In this document: piece by piece, positions 1-14,167 of the stretch | How positions within the stretch are numbered: position 1 is the first letter of the stretch | Layout: each line of letters starts with the position of its first letter | NCBI GenBank assembly: GCA_964016885.1 | Contig: OZ024742.1 | Coordinates: 129,146,001-129,210,000 of the forward strand | From: Eledone cirrhosa | Lineage: Eukaryota | DNA: 64,000 nt | Direction: 5' to 3' | Made by a program: the position numbers and the translations under genes | The notes under the pieces: generated by a model | The model's input: the letters and a program-made list of their open reading frames with translations, nothing else | Database searches by the model: none | Told to the model about the DNA's origin: nothing

Positions 1-2604
1 ACCTTGCTGAAGAATCAAACTAAATAAAGGTGTACTCAGCATTTCTAGCCCATAACACATGTAAATATTAAAGTAACAAAACACAAAAAGAAACTATCAA
101 CTTATAAAATCTATCACTCTTACTGTAGACACTTCAACAATTCAAGTACATTTTAGTGACAAAAGGGTGTGAGAATATTCATTTCAAATTTCTTGCAACC
201 CTTCACAATTCACAATGGCCATTAACAACTTACCATGTCTCACCTAATTGAGGCTATGTTAGATCAGATAATAAATTATCAATGCATTTCTTATTCTTAA
301 AATGATTGTTAATTGTAGTTAATTCAGTTACATTGCTGAAATATTAATTTTTCACTGCAGTTCTCTGTCTTAATTCATGCATTCATCTAATTACTGAAAT
401 ATCGAACCACTTTTGAATTTTCAGATGCTATTTAACTCTTAATAGCTTGTAATGATTTGAGATTCATGACCTTGTGGTATGTTGGACTTACAATCATAAT
501 GGTGTGGGTTCAGTTCCTGGACTGGATTGTGTGTTTTGCAAAACACTTCATTTCATGTTACTCCAGTATACTAAGCTGAAAATGAGTACCAGCAATTGCT
601 GGGGCTTTAACCTTGTTCAATGGAGAGTCTTGTACTCTCAGTTGCTTCATGCCACAGTAACCAGGATAAGCTCTGGCCTTATGAGCCTCCAGGTTTGAGA
701 CAGACTTTAGACTTTTTAGATTTGAAAATGGGTTTGCCAATTCAAATGTTTATAGCACGTTTACTAGTGAGCAGATTCAGTAAACTAGAATAAAGACTCC
801 AATTTTTAATGTGATACCATTATGGCTGTTTTGTACTTTTCAAGTATGTCTTGCTAATATGGTTTCAGGTAGTACAGGATGTTAAGAGTGAAACTATTTT
901 TCTTTTAATGCTTTTATAGCAATGTAACAGAGTGCTCTGATTATTTCTACTTGGGCAGTTGATGCAAAGGATTGGCAGGGAGTGGTGAGAGAACAGTTGA
1001 ATATGTTCAATTTGATGCACACTGATAACTTACAAGAGAAGTCAAGCGTGAGTTAAGGTAGCGACAGAGAATCAAACACCATTGGCCAATATACACAGGA
1101 AAAACAGCTTGTCAGTTAGACATATGGAAAATGCATGCTGGAAGAAAGTAATTCTGTGAGATAGCAGAGACAGCTATATATAAAGACAGGTAAATAAATG
1201 ATAATTTAAAGAAGAATTTAAAAAAAAGTACTGCCAACACTTGAAATTGAGTAGTGTGTAACATGCTTTCACTGTGGGTTTTAGGTGCATGTGTAGTCAC
1301 AAGCAGACAGAGAAACTGTTTCGACCCTCTTTCCTTTGATCCAGAGGAGCAGCCAGGATGTGGGTACTGGAAAGAAATTGGGCTGCACCAGCAATGGGCA
1401 GATACTTTCTTTATCAGGATGAAAGACAAAGTTGACCTCAGTATGATGTGAACTTGAAATGCAAAAGCCCTGAACAAATATGCAATGCTCTAATGACTCT
1501 GCTAAATTAAGCGTCTTTTGGAAGAAGTACTTAGATAAGGCCTCAGATAGAGACTAAGAAAATAAATGAAGAATCAAGACATGCAAAGATGAATTATAGA
1601 AACAGATATTAACACAACAGTGATCTTTTATAAACACACACAAGAACATGCACAAGCGCACATACACACAACTAGCAGCAGTCTTATGGTCTTCCCCTGA
1701 GCAAGAAATAAATCTTGCTCCAGTTTGCTTGACTAGACAAATTTATTATATATAATAATCATAATCACCATCAGCATTTGTATGCCTATTTTTCCATAGT
1801 GGCATATGGTGGACTGGACTTTATATGGCAGTATTTCAAGGCTGGATGCCTCTACTGATGCCAACCATTTTAGTAATCTCTTACGACAAACAGGGATCTC
1901 TCTCGCTCTCATATATATCATATAGCATCAGCAAAACACACACATGTATACATGTATGATGTATTTATGTATATATATATGACAGCTGCAATACAGTTAC
2001 ACACAAGTACAAACATATGTGTGCAATCCAGAGTCGTCATCATATTGCTAAAGATGAGACCTACTCTCCATTGCATTCCATATTTAATTAAGTTTAATGA
2101 ATTAAATTAACATTTCCCATTACCCTGTGTGTTTTTTTAATGTATTTTTTTTGTTTTTTTAACCAGAAATAGTCATTTAGATAATGATTGTTCTCATCAT
2201 TTAAGGTGTAATTCTAATTAATTAAAATTTCTTGGCTTACTACATCAAGTATGTTAGTATCCACTCTACTGTTAAGTTTTTACGCAGCAGGCGTCCATGC
2301 ATATTTTTTCCTGGTCATACCTGTGCGTGTGTGTAAACCTACTTCACTCCTACATCATGGTTGAGTAACAAGCAGTAGGCAGGCATCCAGCTGTAAAAAC
2401 AATTCTGCCAACTAATAAACCCTCCTATCCACATTAAAAAAAATGACAAAACCTTCATGAAGCCAGTAATTCTGTTGAGACTGACAATAAACAGTGGCAA
2501 AACTTATTATTCTACTAGATAAATGTATTTTTAAAATGTGTTTCGTTTTAGTGCTTTTCATACCAAACTGCCTGAAACTGACTTAGGTTTATATCTCTAT
2601 ATAT

Positions 2605-3047
2605 ATCATCATCATCACTTTTACGTCGGTTTTTCTACGCCTGCATGGGTTGGACAGGTCCTTTACAGCACAGCATCTCTCTACTTGCTGTGTTTCTTTG
2701 TCACCTCCTCTGTACGTTTCAGCAATTTGAGGTCACTGCTCACCATCTCTGTCCAGATCTTTCTTGGTCTACCTCTACTGTGGCTTCCAACCACTGACAT
2801 GACTCCACCCATCGGTCATCATCCATGCACATCACGTGTTTGTACCAACAGTCTTCTCTCCTGCATTCAACTTCAGATTCCTCTTAAACCCAGCTTCTTC
2901 TCCAGTTCATCCAAGCTCTGACTTTCTCTCACATTTACGTTGCACATCCAACAAAGCATGGCCGTTTCATTTCTCTCCAGTCTATACATATCTTCTGCAG
3001 TTGCTGCCCATGTTTCATTACCCTGCAGCATTGCACTTTGCATACAC
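2605..3047 (-). mobile_element. Decayed 3' fragment of the 41.6 kb RTE family, inside a TTAA-MITE remnant
   Basis: SAMLQGNETWAATAEDMYRLERNE..ML.WMCNVNVRE; (CAT)n tail. Confidence 0.85.
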
Positions 3048-4200
3048 ACAGACACACACACTACACATGGTAATTCTACATAAGAACCTTTATCAAGTTA
3101 TATTCCAAACACCAGCATAATAATGAGAAACTTAGTTGTATCTACAAGTCCCTCTAAATTCTTCTTTAATAATTTGAAAATGATTTGAAAACCATAGGCA
3201 GTAACTTTCATTAAAAATATGGTAACTAAAGGAATAAAAAGAGAAAACGCTAGCAAGGGTTTTGCCACATAAAACAAAATTTATATCATTTAATGTCTTT
3301 CCTTGTTAGCAAGGGTTGGATGGGTTTTCACGGGCCATATCAGTACTTAATTGGTGCTACTGATGTCTCAGATGGGCCAGGGTGGGGGTGCAGCGCACTT
3401 ACATATGTACCCACACTCTACAGAGTGTACTGGGTGTATTCTATCATGGCATCAGCACTAGGGAGGTTGTCAAGGCTTTTGTTGGATATCTTTGTTATTG
3501 TCTGCCACTTTACCAGATGAAATGGGTGGATTTTTCATGGCACCAGCATATCAATGAAGTCTTTTCAACCCCCATAAAAACAACTTATCTACTAAATAAA
3601 AGTAAGTATTTAAAAAAATGTCTATTTTAAGTTAAAAGGCTAACAAGGATTTTTGTCACATGAAACAAAATTGTATTCTTACTAGATAATTGGTTGAATT
3701 AAAAAGTCATCTAGCTGCTATATTATTAACCCTTTTGTTTCCAAATTTCTAATAAGGCACACTGTGTTTGTTTACTTACAGTAAATTATAGGATTGGAAA
3801 CGATCATTATATTTTGGTTATTTAGTAGTAAATAAGTGATTAAAGTGTGCTAAACAACAAAAACATTTTATGGACTAAGAGTAATGATAAAGGATATATA
3901 AAATCCTATGATATAATGTTTTTAAGAGAAATATATTCTTATAAATAAGGTTATATTATTTTATATTTATCCACTATATTATAATTATCCATAAATATAT
4001 TTTTTGCCTATTTAAAAATAACTGCTTAAAATACTATCAGCTATCAAACATCACACAGTATCAAATGGTTGCTTTTGGTATTTATAATGCACTATATATT
4101 TCAATTAAGGTTTTGTAGGTTCAGAGTAGAAGTTGTATGCTAGGTTTTATGTTGTATTTTTATCTTTCTATAATTGATAATATAAATACTGAGGCTGATT

Positions 4201-4465
4201 TAATTGACTATAGAGAAGATGGAACTCCAGTATGGCCACATGCCTCACACACATAATTGACTATAGAGAAGATGGAACTCCAGTATGGCCACATGCCTCA
4301 CACACATAATTGACTATAGAGAAGATGGAACTCCAGTATGGCCACATGCCTCACATACATAATTGACTATAGAGAAGATGGAACTCCAGTATGGCCACAT
4401 GCCTCACACACATAATTGACTATAGAGAATATGGAACTCCAGTATGGCCACATGCCTCACACACA
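4201..4465. repeat. Minisatellite, 5 x 53 bp
   Basis: Unit TAATTGACTATAGAGAAGATGGAACTCCAGTATGGCCACATGCCTCACACACA, near-perfect copies. Confidence 0.95.
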
Positions 4466-6105
4466 TTGAACCTCCGGAGGTTCCAACGATGAGTATTCCA
4501 GTTGTTGGAATAATGGAAAAGCCTGCTCTTGAAATTAACATGCAAGTGGCTGAGCATTCCACAGACTCATGTACCCTTAACATAGTTCTCAGGGAGATTC
4601 AGTGTGCACAGACAGATTCAATACATTTTTGCCAGAGGAATGGAGCAAATTGAAATGATTGCCTTGTGGTCATGAGCCAAACAACTAACCAGTAAGCCAT
4701 GCACCTTCACACATACCACACATATATATCCTTCAACTTGGTTTGCATCCAAGGCAATCTTCTTTGTCTCTGTCTTTCTTTTCTCTCTCAGTTTAATCCA
4801 ATCATGATCATTCCTGCTTACTTGGCCATAAATGGCAGAGTGACATTTGAGCATATCTATCTATCATACTTTTTGCTAAAGTTATATACTTCAGAACATT
4901 GACTTCTGAAAACGGTTAAAGTAAACAACAACCAAAAACAGATGGGCATGAGAAAGAAAGAAAAGAAAGAGCCAAGTTGGAAATCAGATAGGTAGAGCAA
5001 TGCATGGTAGTCTGGAGAGTAGCAAAGCACAGGTATACCATCGCTTCTTTCACATCAGTCAATTGAAGAGAAAGATGAATCGAAATTTAAACTTAAATCT
5101 CTATCTACTCTTTTAAATAAAATTATTCCACATCAAAGAGACAAGAAGATTCTGGATTAACTGTAAACTAATGTATATATGATGTACAATTTTACCTAGT
5201 TGCTGCTGTTATATAACAAAATTCTGGGCTTATCATACCTACAGCAATAAAAGCAATAATTGTCACTAACAGCAGCAACCAACCTTTGTTTGTTGTTTTG
5301 TTTGATTTTTTTTTTCTTTTTGAAATCTGCTTCAAATGAACCACAGATACATATAAAAATGCAAAAATGTTTTCATCAATTCTTCTCCATCTACCACTAT
5401 TTACAGGTCATAAAACTTCCATTTGGAACAGAATACATTCATAAATGCTTCTTATTATAGGTTGCAGTAAAACTAAAAGCTTAATGGGTCTAAATAACCA
5501 TTGACTTGTCCTTATGAAAGCAAAATAGAGAAATACTATCCACAATCGTATGTTGATAAGTCTACTTGTCCTTTTTATTCTTCTTCTTCCATACAAACAT
5601 TCCATTTATACAAATTATATAAGTTCTCAATTATTTGAGTATCTCAATTTATCCTTGGTTAGTGAGGCTATTATGGAGTCTCATAAAAACTACACATAAA
5701 CAAAATATCTTATATAGAAGATTCAATTAAGCCTTATAACCCCTAAATTATGCAGGAGAAAATTGTTAAGTCTGAAAAGTTGTAACAAACACCAGATACC
5801 ATAATTGTTTGTATACAATGATGATAAACATGGTTCCAAGTAAGATGTTTCACATTGTGCAGTGTTTGTTGTTTCTTTAAAATGTTATATTAACACTTTA
5901 TTAACTTTTAATAACCTGTAAGGATTTACCAGAAAATAACTAAAAATTCAAATATTTATAATATCTTTACTGGAAGACAGATCATTGTGAAAATTTACAG
6001 TATTACAATAAAAACTTTAATATTTAATGTGGCAAAGTCATAATATTGTTTGACACCATATATATACATAGCCGATCTTTCAGACTTTTATGAAGTGCTG
6101 ACGGG

Positions 6106-6258
6106 ATAAAATTAATATAGAATGATATGCTCATGCGTGGAGATGCTATAAAATGGCAACTTCTTTTTCCATCTCTAAGGATCTTCACTCTATTTTATAA
6201 GCTATTTTATAGCATCTCTGTGCATAAGCACATCAATCTTTATATTAATTATTTTATA
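6106..6258. mobile_element. Old palindromic MITE-like element
   Basis: ~50-bp degenerate inverted arms (GAGATGCTATAAAAT / ATTTTATAGCATCTC core). Confidence 0.55.
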
Positions 6259-7529
6259 CTTTTCAAGAATTTCTTGCTAAAGTGGTTTCATGTGGTTAGT
6301 TAATTCAAATGTTTATAGCATCTTTACCAGTGGACAAATCATTGAGAAAATTTGTAGTATTAGAACATAGACTTTAATTTTTAATGTGATGTAGTCATAG
6401 TTTTGTTTTACAGTTTCCAAGAATGTGTTGCTAATGTGGTGGTGTGTGATACAGGATGTTAAGAGCTAAAAGAAACTATCTTCCAATTAAAAGGAAGAAA
6501 CTTCTCTCACACCTGAAACCAATTAGATTAAATAGAAAGGTGTATAAAGAGACAACTCATTATAGACTATTCAAGACCTTCAAAACTGTTTAAACAAAAG
6601 AAACTTATAATATTGGCTACTATATTCAAAACCAAAAGTTATCATTTAACCCTTTCGTTACTGTATTTATAATGAAATGTGTTTCAATTAATTTTGAAAA
6701 TAATAAAAACAATTTGGAGGAATTTAGTAAAATAACATTTTTTTTTTGTTGGTAAATTGATGCTTGGAGAATTACATACAACTAACGGATCATTACATAA
6801 GAATTATGATGGAAGGTTTTAATATATGCTGTTGTATATCATCTAGAAGCATTTTCAGGTAGATGGTTAAAAGAAGAAAAATTATGAATATATCAAAACA
6901 TTCTCATCATAGTTCTGAACAGGTTGAACAACCTCTTGATTTATATCAGTGTTTCACAAACCTCTTTCATTCACATTCTCAAATTAGCGCAACTACATCA
7001 TCCCTAGTTTCTCTGACAAGGAGAACAGGTCACACAACATTACAGAATATAGAAGAAGCCTCTATATTGTATAAATGCAAAAAAATAACATTGAAGCTCC
7101 TCTTACTATCATTATCATTATTTACACCTACTTTCCATGCTGGCATGGGCTGTCACGGCCTAAGCCTAAACATGTCATGCTTATATGTTCCATATTTTGG
7201 CAAGGTGTCTATGGCTGGATGCCTTTCCTAATGCAAGCACTTTTATAGAATGTATGTGGCACTTTTATCATGGCATCAGCAATACCACTTTTTAGCATGT
7301 GCAGGATGCATGTTTTTGTGACACCAGCACTACCACCTTACAGAGTGTATTGGGTGCATTTTATTATGTCGCTAGTTCTAGAGAGGTGGACCTATTTTCA
7401 GCCAAACTAATGAGTCCTCTTTACCCTATATTGACTCTGTTCAATTGCCAACCACTTTATATTAGCATTACCACAAGAGAGGTTCTCAGGTCTTGCTAGC
7501 AGGGAAAGTGGATGATGATGACAATACAC

Positions 7530-7591
<62 letters not shown>

Positions 7592-7663
7592 CGTAAACTA
7601 AAATCTCATTTTGTGTGGATATAAGCCAAATCGGCTAAAAACATCGGTTTTTACTTATATATT

Positions 7664-7762
7664 ACTCTGACCATGGTTTCTGGAACTCAAGATACACCAT
7701 CAGTAATTCCAAGACATTGGAAGTATCAATATTGGAAGAATTTAAGTTCCTTCATCAGGAGG
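7664..7762 (-). ncRNA. Minimal type-I hammerhead ribozyme motif with long stem-II loop
   Basis: CTGATGA-a-GGAACTTAA...TTGAGTTCC-a-GAAAC-CATG-GTC-agagt; palindromic stem III ACCATGGT. Confidence 0.75.
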
Positions 7763-8119
7763 TGAATTCTTCTTAAATATATATCATACACACCATTTCT
7801 TTGCTAGAACACATGGTGAACAATGTGCTGTATCACTGAATTACTATATCAATATATTCCACCCAAGGAGACCAAGTTGAATATATATCATACATACCAT
7901 TGCCTGACTGTTATATATATATATATGCATACACACGCACGCGTACATATATACATAACATTTATATATATATACACATATATACACACATATATACACG
8001 CACATATATATACACACACACACATATATATAGACACGCATATATATATATATACACACACACACATATACATGCACATATATATACACACACACACACA
8101 CACACATGCACATATATAT

Positions 8120-8156
<37 letters not shown>

Positions 8157-9421
8157 CAGACACATATATATACATGAGTGCATGTGTGTGTGCTCTTCTT
8201 CAACTCTAAAGCAACATATTTATTGCCTCACAATATTGATCTTAGACACAAACATCATAAAGGCAATCGGCAATTCATTTATATTATTATGTTGACATTT
8301 TCAACCACAAATCTTAAATCAGAATAATAATCTTTGAGTTATAAAGAAATAATTATACACCATTTGAGACAATACATACACCTGAGAAAACAAAAACAAA
8401 AAAAAACAGGAAAAACTGCAAAACAAATGAAAAAAAATGTGATACTGTAGACAAACTTCTTGAAAATTATCCATTAAGCCTAATATATGTTAATAAATTG
8501 TATTTATGGATAGGTAAGCTATTATGGAAACATGAAAAAGAATTTCAAAATTGCACGCGTATGTGTGTCTGTGCATATGTGCTTGCACGTGTATGCATGT
8601 GTGTGTTATATAAAGATATATTAGGGAGGCATCATTAAGTAAACTGGCTGATTACCAATCATTGATTAATCGGCCAGGCTTTATTGACCGATTCCGATTA
8701 ATTGGTATCTGATTATCTCTTATGTGTTTATGTATTGTGATATGGAAATGCATATTATAATTAATTGTAAGTAAAATATTATAATAATTCTTAATTAATC
8801 TCAATCATGGAGTAACTATTAAGAGCAGATGATGACAAAATTAGACTAATTTTACCAAAGGAGGTAACATGTAAGAACCTATGACACAGAAAGACAAGTC
8901 AGAGTAAACAAAAGAAATCAAAATGAAGAGGAGATACAGAGGAACAATTTTATCATTTCAGCTTGGTTTGTCATGTAACTGCAAAATTTAAAGTAGCTAT
9001 CCTAGCAGAGCACACATAACTTGCTATTATTGGCTTTACCTCTTTGAAGAAGACTTGGATTTTTGGTTGTTTGTTTTCAGGACTAACCTGCTGACAAGAT
9101 ACCTATGAAGTCCTAATTGTTAATTAGCAATTTTTAATATTTGTGATATGCAATTTTTTGGCAAGTTCGAAGCTGTATTGTGCAGGCATTTGAAATGCAA
9201 GATTTTTAATGTTTTCATTGTTGAATTTCTTATTTGAGCTATTATGCTCTATTTGAGCTATTATGTTCTATTTTGGTATAGTCGTTTCATAACTGTTTCA
9301 CAATGAGTTTGTTCTGATACAGGTTTTCACATCTGTTATTATTGAACAACTTCTATGGATGACATGATCAAAATAATAGTGGGTGTTTCTATGCATTTAA
9401 CATTGTATCAATCTAAATTCC

Positions 9422-9454
<33 letters not shown>

Positions 9455-9854
9455 ATATATATGCGTGTGTGTAATGTGTAGAGGTTAGGTTTGGGCTCAT
9501 GATTAAAAGTTCAATTTCTTGACCAAGCAGCATGTTGTGTCCATGAGTAAGACACTATACCTCACAATGGTTGAGTCTACTCATCTAGAAAAATAAATGA
9601 GTTGCACCTATAATTGAAGGGGTCAGGCTTATCACACATTGTGTCACACTGAATCTCTCTGAGAACGATGTTAAGAGTGCACATGTCTGTAGAATGCTCA
9701 GCACCTTACATGTTAATTTGATGAGTAGGCAGTTCCATTTACTAAATCAACTGGTGCATTTGCCGTCAAATGGCAGCAGTCGAACAATATATATAGAGAG
9801 AGAGATTTAAAAGAATTGAAGTCAGTGTTGCAGCATATGTACAAACTTTATTTG

Positions 9855-9939
9855 CATATTAAAATTGTTTCGATATCAATCAGCTCGGGGTACAATCAAA
9901 TGATGGGCCTGACCCTTTTCCAACATCTCGTCAGACATG
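9855..9939 (-). ncRNA. Minimal type-I hammerhead ribozyme motif (slightly decayed)
   Basis: catgt-CTGACGA-GATGTTG...TGATATC-GAAAC-AATT-tTA-atatg; stems I and II pair. Confidence 0.65.
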
Positions 9940-9993
9940 TGAGCTTATATGTGCAAAGATATATCTAAACTACTGACCTAACTAATACACACA

Positions 9994-10025
<32 letters not shown>

Positions 10026-10221
10026 TTGTAAAGTGGTTGTGCAGGACTCACGACAAAAAGCACCTAGTCCACAGTGTAAATGAGTTTGGTGTTAGGAAGG
10101 GCATCCAGCTGTAGAAATCAAGCCAAAATCAGTTCTGTATGAGCACCTGACCTGGCATTGCCCACAACAGGACAACTCGTCTAACCCATGTTAGCATGGA
10201 AAAATGGACGTAAAACAGTGA

Positions 10222-10334
<113 letters not shown>

Positions 10335-10351
10335 TACACACACACACACAT

Positions 10352-10385
<34 letters not shown>

Positions 10386-10691
10386 CCAGCCCACACTGTA
10401 AAGTGGTTGTGTAGGCGACATGGCAAAAAGCACCCAGCACGCACTGTAAATGTGGTTGGCACTAGTAAGTGCATCCAGCCATAGAAAACCAGCTACAAAC
10501 GGTCCTATATGAGCAGGACACGGTCACCCAACCCAACTTTCCTCTAAATGGGACAAACCCGTCTAACCCATGCTAGCATGGAAGATGGACGTTAAACGAT
10601 GATGATGATATATACACATACATATATACTTACAGTAAACATGTTGACTAACCAGAGTTGCATATGCAACTGCAACACACCAATCAGTGAA

Positions 10692-10880
10692 TAATAATTG
10701 TTTCTACTTTAGGCACAAGGCCAGCAATTACCAGTGCATTACTGGTACTTTATTTTATCGACCCCGTAAGGATGAAAGGCAAAGTCAACCTCGGCGGGAT
10801 TTGAACTCAGATGGTAAAGGGACGTAACTATGCTGTAAAGCATGGCGTCCGACCCTCTACCGATACTGCCAATCCACCCC
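10692..10880 (-). mobile_element. Second SINE family, young short variant
   Basis: Near-identical to 34455-34641 and 39869-40051. Confidence 0.9.
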
Positions 10881-11416
10881 AATCAGTGAATAATAATGCA
10901 ATTCAACTTGTCATGTATTTTCTTCCAAATGTAATTTGTCAGTCCATGATGTGTGTGTGTATATATATTCCATATTATGGCTAAATGGTGAGTCTTGATC
11001 CTCTGGAGTTTTACCTGTGCACTCACAGGATCATCAGACGTATCAATATACGGGAGGTCACATGTCAGTACCAGTCTGAAACTGCTACAGTTAGTGATGG
11101 CAGGGAGAGGACTTGGGTGAGTCATTATAGATAAACATTTCTGTTTGAAGTGGACAATCATTTACCGAGGATGTACTGTAGCGTAAAGTTTTGTAATGTC
11201 TGCAGATATTACATAACTAATGTGAATAACAGTTGCAGTTGTAACTGTTATGAGCAGACTGTAGTAGAGAGACTATTGCCTAGGTTTATATGATATTCAA
11301 ATATCATTACTCATACATTATTCTTTCTTTACTAATAACATGTAGTGAGCACTCTGAGTTATTAGTTCATATTTTCTTACATATAAATCTCAGTGAGTAA
11401 AGAATGGCCAGGGCTG

Positions 11417-11483
<67 letters not shown>

Positions 11484-11489
11484 TTATAA

Positions 11490-11526
<37 letters not shown>

Positions 11527-12069
11527 AATATATACACACATACACATATTCATATATAGAGAAATAAATAACCAATCCAATAATCAGAATGAAATTAACA
11601 TAAAAACAGTTACTTTAAAGCAAAGAAAAGCCAATAATTTACCAATTTACCTATGTAACAGCTGTCCCGAAAGTTAAGTGTTAGTGGCAGCAGATTAGTT
11701 TGGTAAATAAACAACACAGATGATCTAACTAGAACAGGAGAGAGGAAATATAATAACTTCTATGTATCCAATTTCATTGTTCTCTATGATGTTTCCTTCT
11801 CTATACTATCCAATAACTCAACAAGGAAAGAACATTTTTCAAAGTGGGTGTGAGCGTGTGTCGATATGTGTAGGTGTGTATGTGAGCGTGTGTTGATATG
11901 TGTAGATGTGTATGTGAGTGTGTGTTGGTATGCGTAGATGTGTATGTGAGTGTATTGGTGTGTATATGTCTGTATTTCCTTTCCTCAATACCATTTTTCT
12001 ATGTATACATGGCCTGTCTATCAACACTGACACTGAATAGGCAAACCTTTTTTTGCACATAACATATAC

Positions 12070-12158
<89 letters not shown>

Positions 12159-13524
12159 ATATAATCAACAACACTATTTTACTGCCACTTTTCTTTGCTT
12201 GTATGGCTTTATTCACACACACCCATAAACTACATACATCATCATCATTTAACGTTCACTTTCCCTGCTAGCAAGTGTTAGACTGTCAGTACTAAAGTAG
12301 GGTTACTGACCACCCAGACAGGCAGGGGGGTGGGGGTGGTCTCACATATGTTTGCAAAGCCCCAGCCAGACTGGGAGGTCAGTAGCCCTGCTTTAGTATG
12401 TAAAGACCCATCTAGTTCTTACTAGCGAGGAAAACGGAATTTGAACTCAGAATGTCAAAACCTCTAACAATTCTGCCAAATACAACCACCCAACATCTGC
12501 CGTACACATTTGATATTATACTTATCATACCCCCATTGCCCCTTATCTATCATAGAGCAAGGAGAGCTCTTCAGTCAAGTAAACGATTGCATTCTGCCTA
12601 GTGTTTCCAGCTGCAGAAACCAAGCCAAAGAGTTGAGAGGACCCTTCAGTGACATCGCTGCAACTTCTCTAGTGCTCGTGTCATCATAAAATGTACGGAG
12701 GCAGGTATCTGTCATAGAAACACTGCCATACAAACGGTATGGCCACCTTCTAGTATTGTTGACATGATGCGACAGTTCGCTCCATAAAGGGATTTTCTGA
12801 TAAGCAGACTATCTGGCTGCATAAAGCTTGCCAAATAAACATTGAGAGCACTGAGTTGTGTCAGAGACATGACAACATCCCTGGTGTTGGTGCCATGAAA
12901 ATGCACTTGGTGCACCCTTTTTTGTGGGGGCAGGCAGTGTATGCAAGTGAGATACACCCAACTGGCCCATTTATTTAGATAGTAGCTTCCATTAAGTTCT
13001 GACTTGTTTAGGATGACTTGCCAACCCTTGCTAGCAGGGACAACAGACATTTAAGGATGATGATGATATATAAATATATAATCTTTCTTTCTCTTTCTTA
13101 AAATACATCATCATCATCACCATCACCATCATCATTTAACGTCCATCTTCCACGCTTGCATGGGTTTGGACGGGAATTTTCCCACTTGTGGCAAGATTGG
13201 TTGTCTTGCTCGTATAGGACTGTCTGGCGGGTTTTCTACGGCTGGATGCCCTTCCTAACACCAACCACGTTTACAGTGTGGACTGGGAGGTTTTTACCGT
13301 GTTACCTACACGGCCACATTACAGCGTGGACTGTGCGTTTTTTTGTCGTGACACCTACACGACCTTATTTATTTCAGACTGGATGTTGTGGTACCAACAT
13401 AACTTTACAGAGAAAGGGTGGTGTGGATGGGGTGGGGGTAGTGGGACGGGTGTGCATTTTTGTTAAGAGGTGCCTACTGACTGTGGTTTCGCTTTGTACT
13501 GAAGCAAGGCGGGTCTTCTGTATA

Positions 13525-13800
13525 TATCATCATCATCATCATTTTATGTCCGCTTTTCCCTGCTTGCAAAGGTGGGACGGGAACTGATTCTGGCTTGATT
13601 TCTACAGCTGGATGCTCTTCCTAACACCAACCTCATTTACAGTGAGTGGTGGGTGCTTTTTTGCCGTGGCACCTACATGACCACTTTGCAGTGGAATGAT
13701 AGGGACCCCAGTCCATATCATCTCATTTCTACAGTTGAGTAAACTGGAGCAATGTGAAATAAAGTGACAATGCTCTAACCACTAAGCCATTTGCCTCCAT
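13525..13800 (-). mobile_element. CORE-type SINE, same family, inverted, internal deletion removing the B box
   Basis: Reverse complement of 13820-14137 over most of its length, separated from it only by (AT)n. Confidence 0.9.
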
Positions 13801-13819
13801 ATATATATATATATATATA

Positions 13820-14135
13820 TGGAGGCACATGGCTTAGTGGTTAGAGCATTGGCCTTGCAATCGAAAGGTTGTGAGTTCAATTCTCAGACCGGGTAATGTG
13901 TTGTTTCCTTGAGCAAGAGACTTTATTTCACATTGCTCCAGTTTACTCAGCTGTAGAAATGAGATGATAGGACTGGGGTCTCTATCATTCCACTGCCAAA
14001 AAAAAAGCACCCATCACACACTGTAAATGAGGTTGGTGTTAGGAAGGGCATCCAGCTGTAGAAATCATGCCAGAATCAGTTCCCGTCCCACCCTTGCAAG
14101 CGGACGTAAAATGAAATGATGATGATGATGAAATG

Positions 14136-14137
<2 letters not shown>
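13820..14137 (+). mobile_element. Near full-length CORE-type tRNA SINE with RTE tail
   Basis: A box TGGCTTAGTGG, B box GAGTTCAATTC, CORE-like body, RTE-type end with (TGA)n. Confidence 0.9.

Positions 14138-14167
<30 letters not shown>

Noticed and set aside
4201-4465. CRISPR-like appearance of the 53-bp and 90-bp arrays
   Set aside because: Pure tandem repeats without unique spacers, eukaryotic context, no cas genes
5196-5238. Minus-strand AG|GT site or 43-nt exon (also AG|GTAGGT at ~31960) as recursive splice sites
   Set aside because: Weak pyrimidine tracts; expected by chance in AT-rich DNA; needs RNA-seq
5408-5605. 65-aa ORF with a hydrophobic stretch
   Set aside because: No recognisable homology or splice support
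13820-13895. tRNA gene
   Set aside because: A/B boxes present but it continues into a SINE body; no convincing cloverleaf
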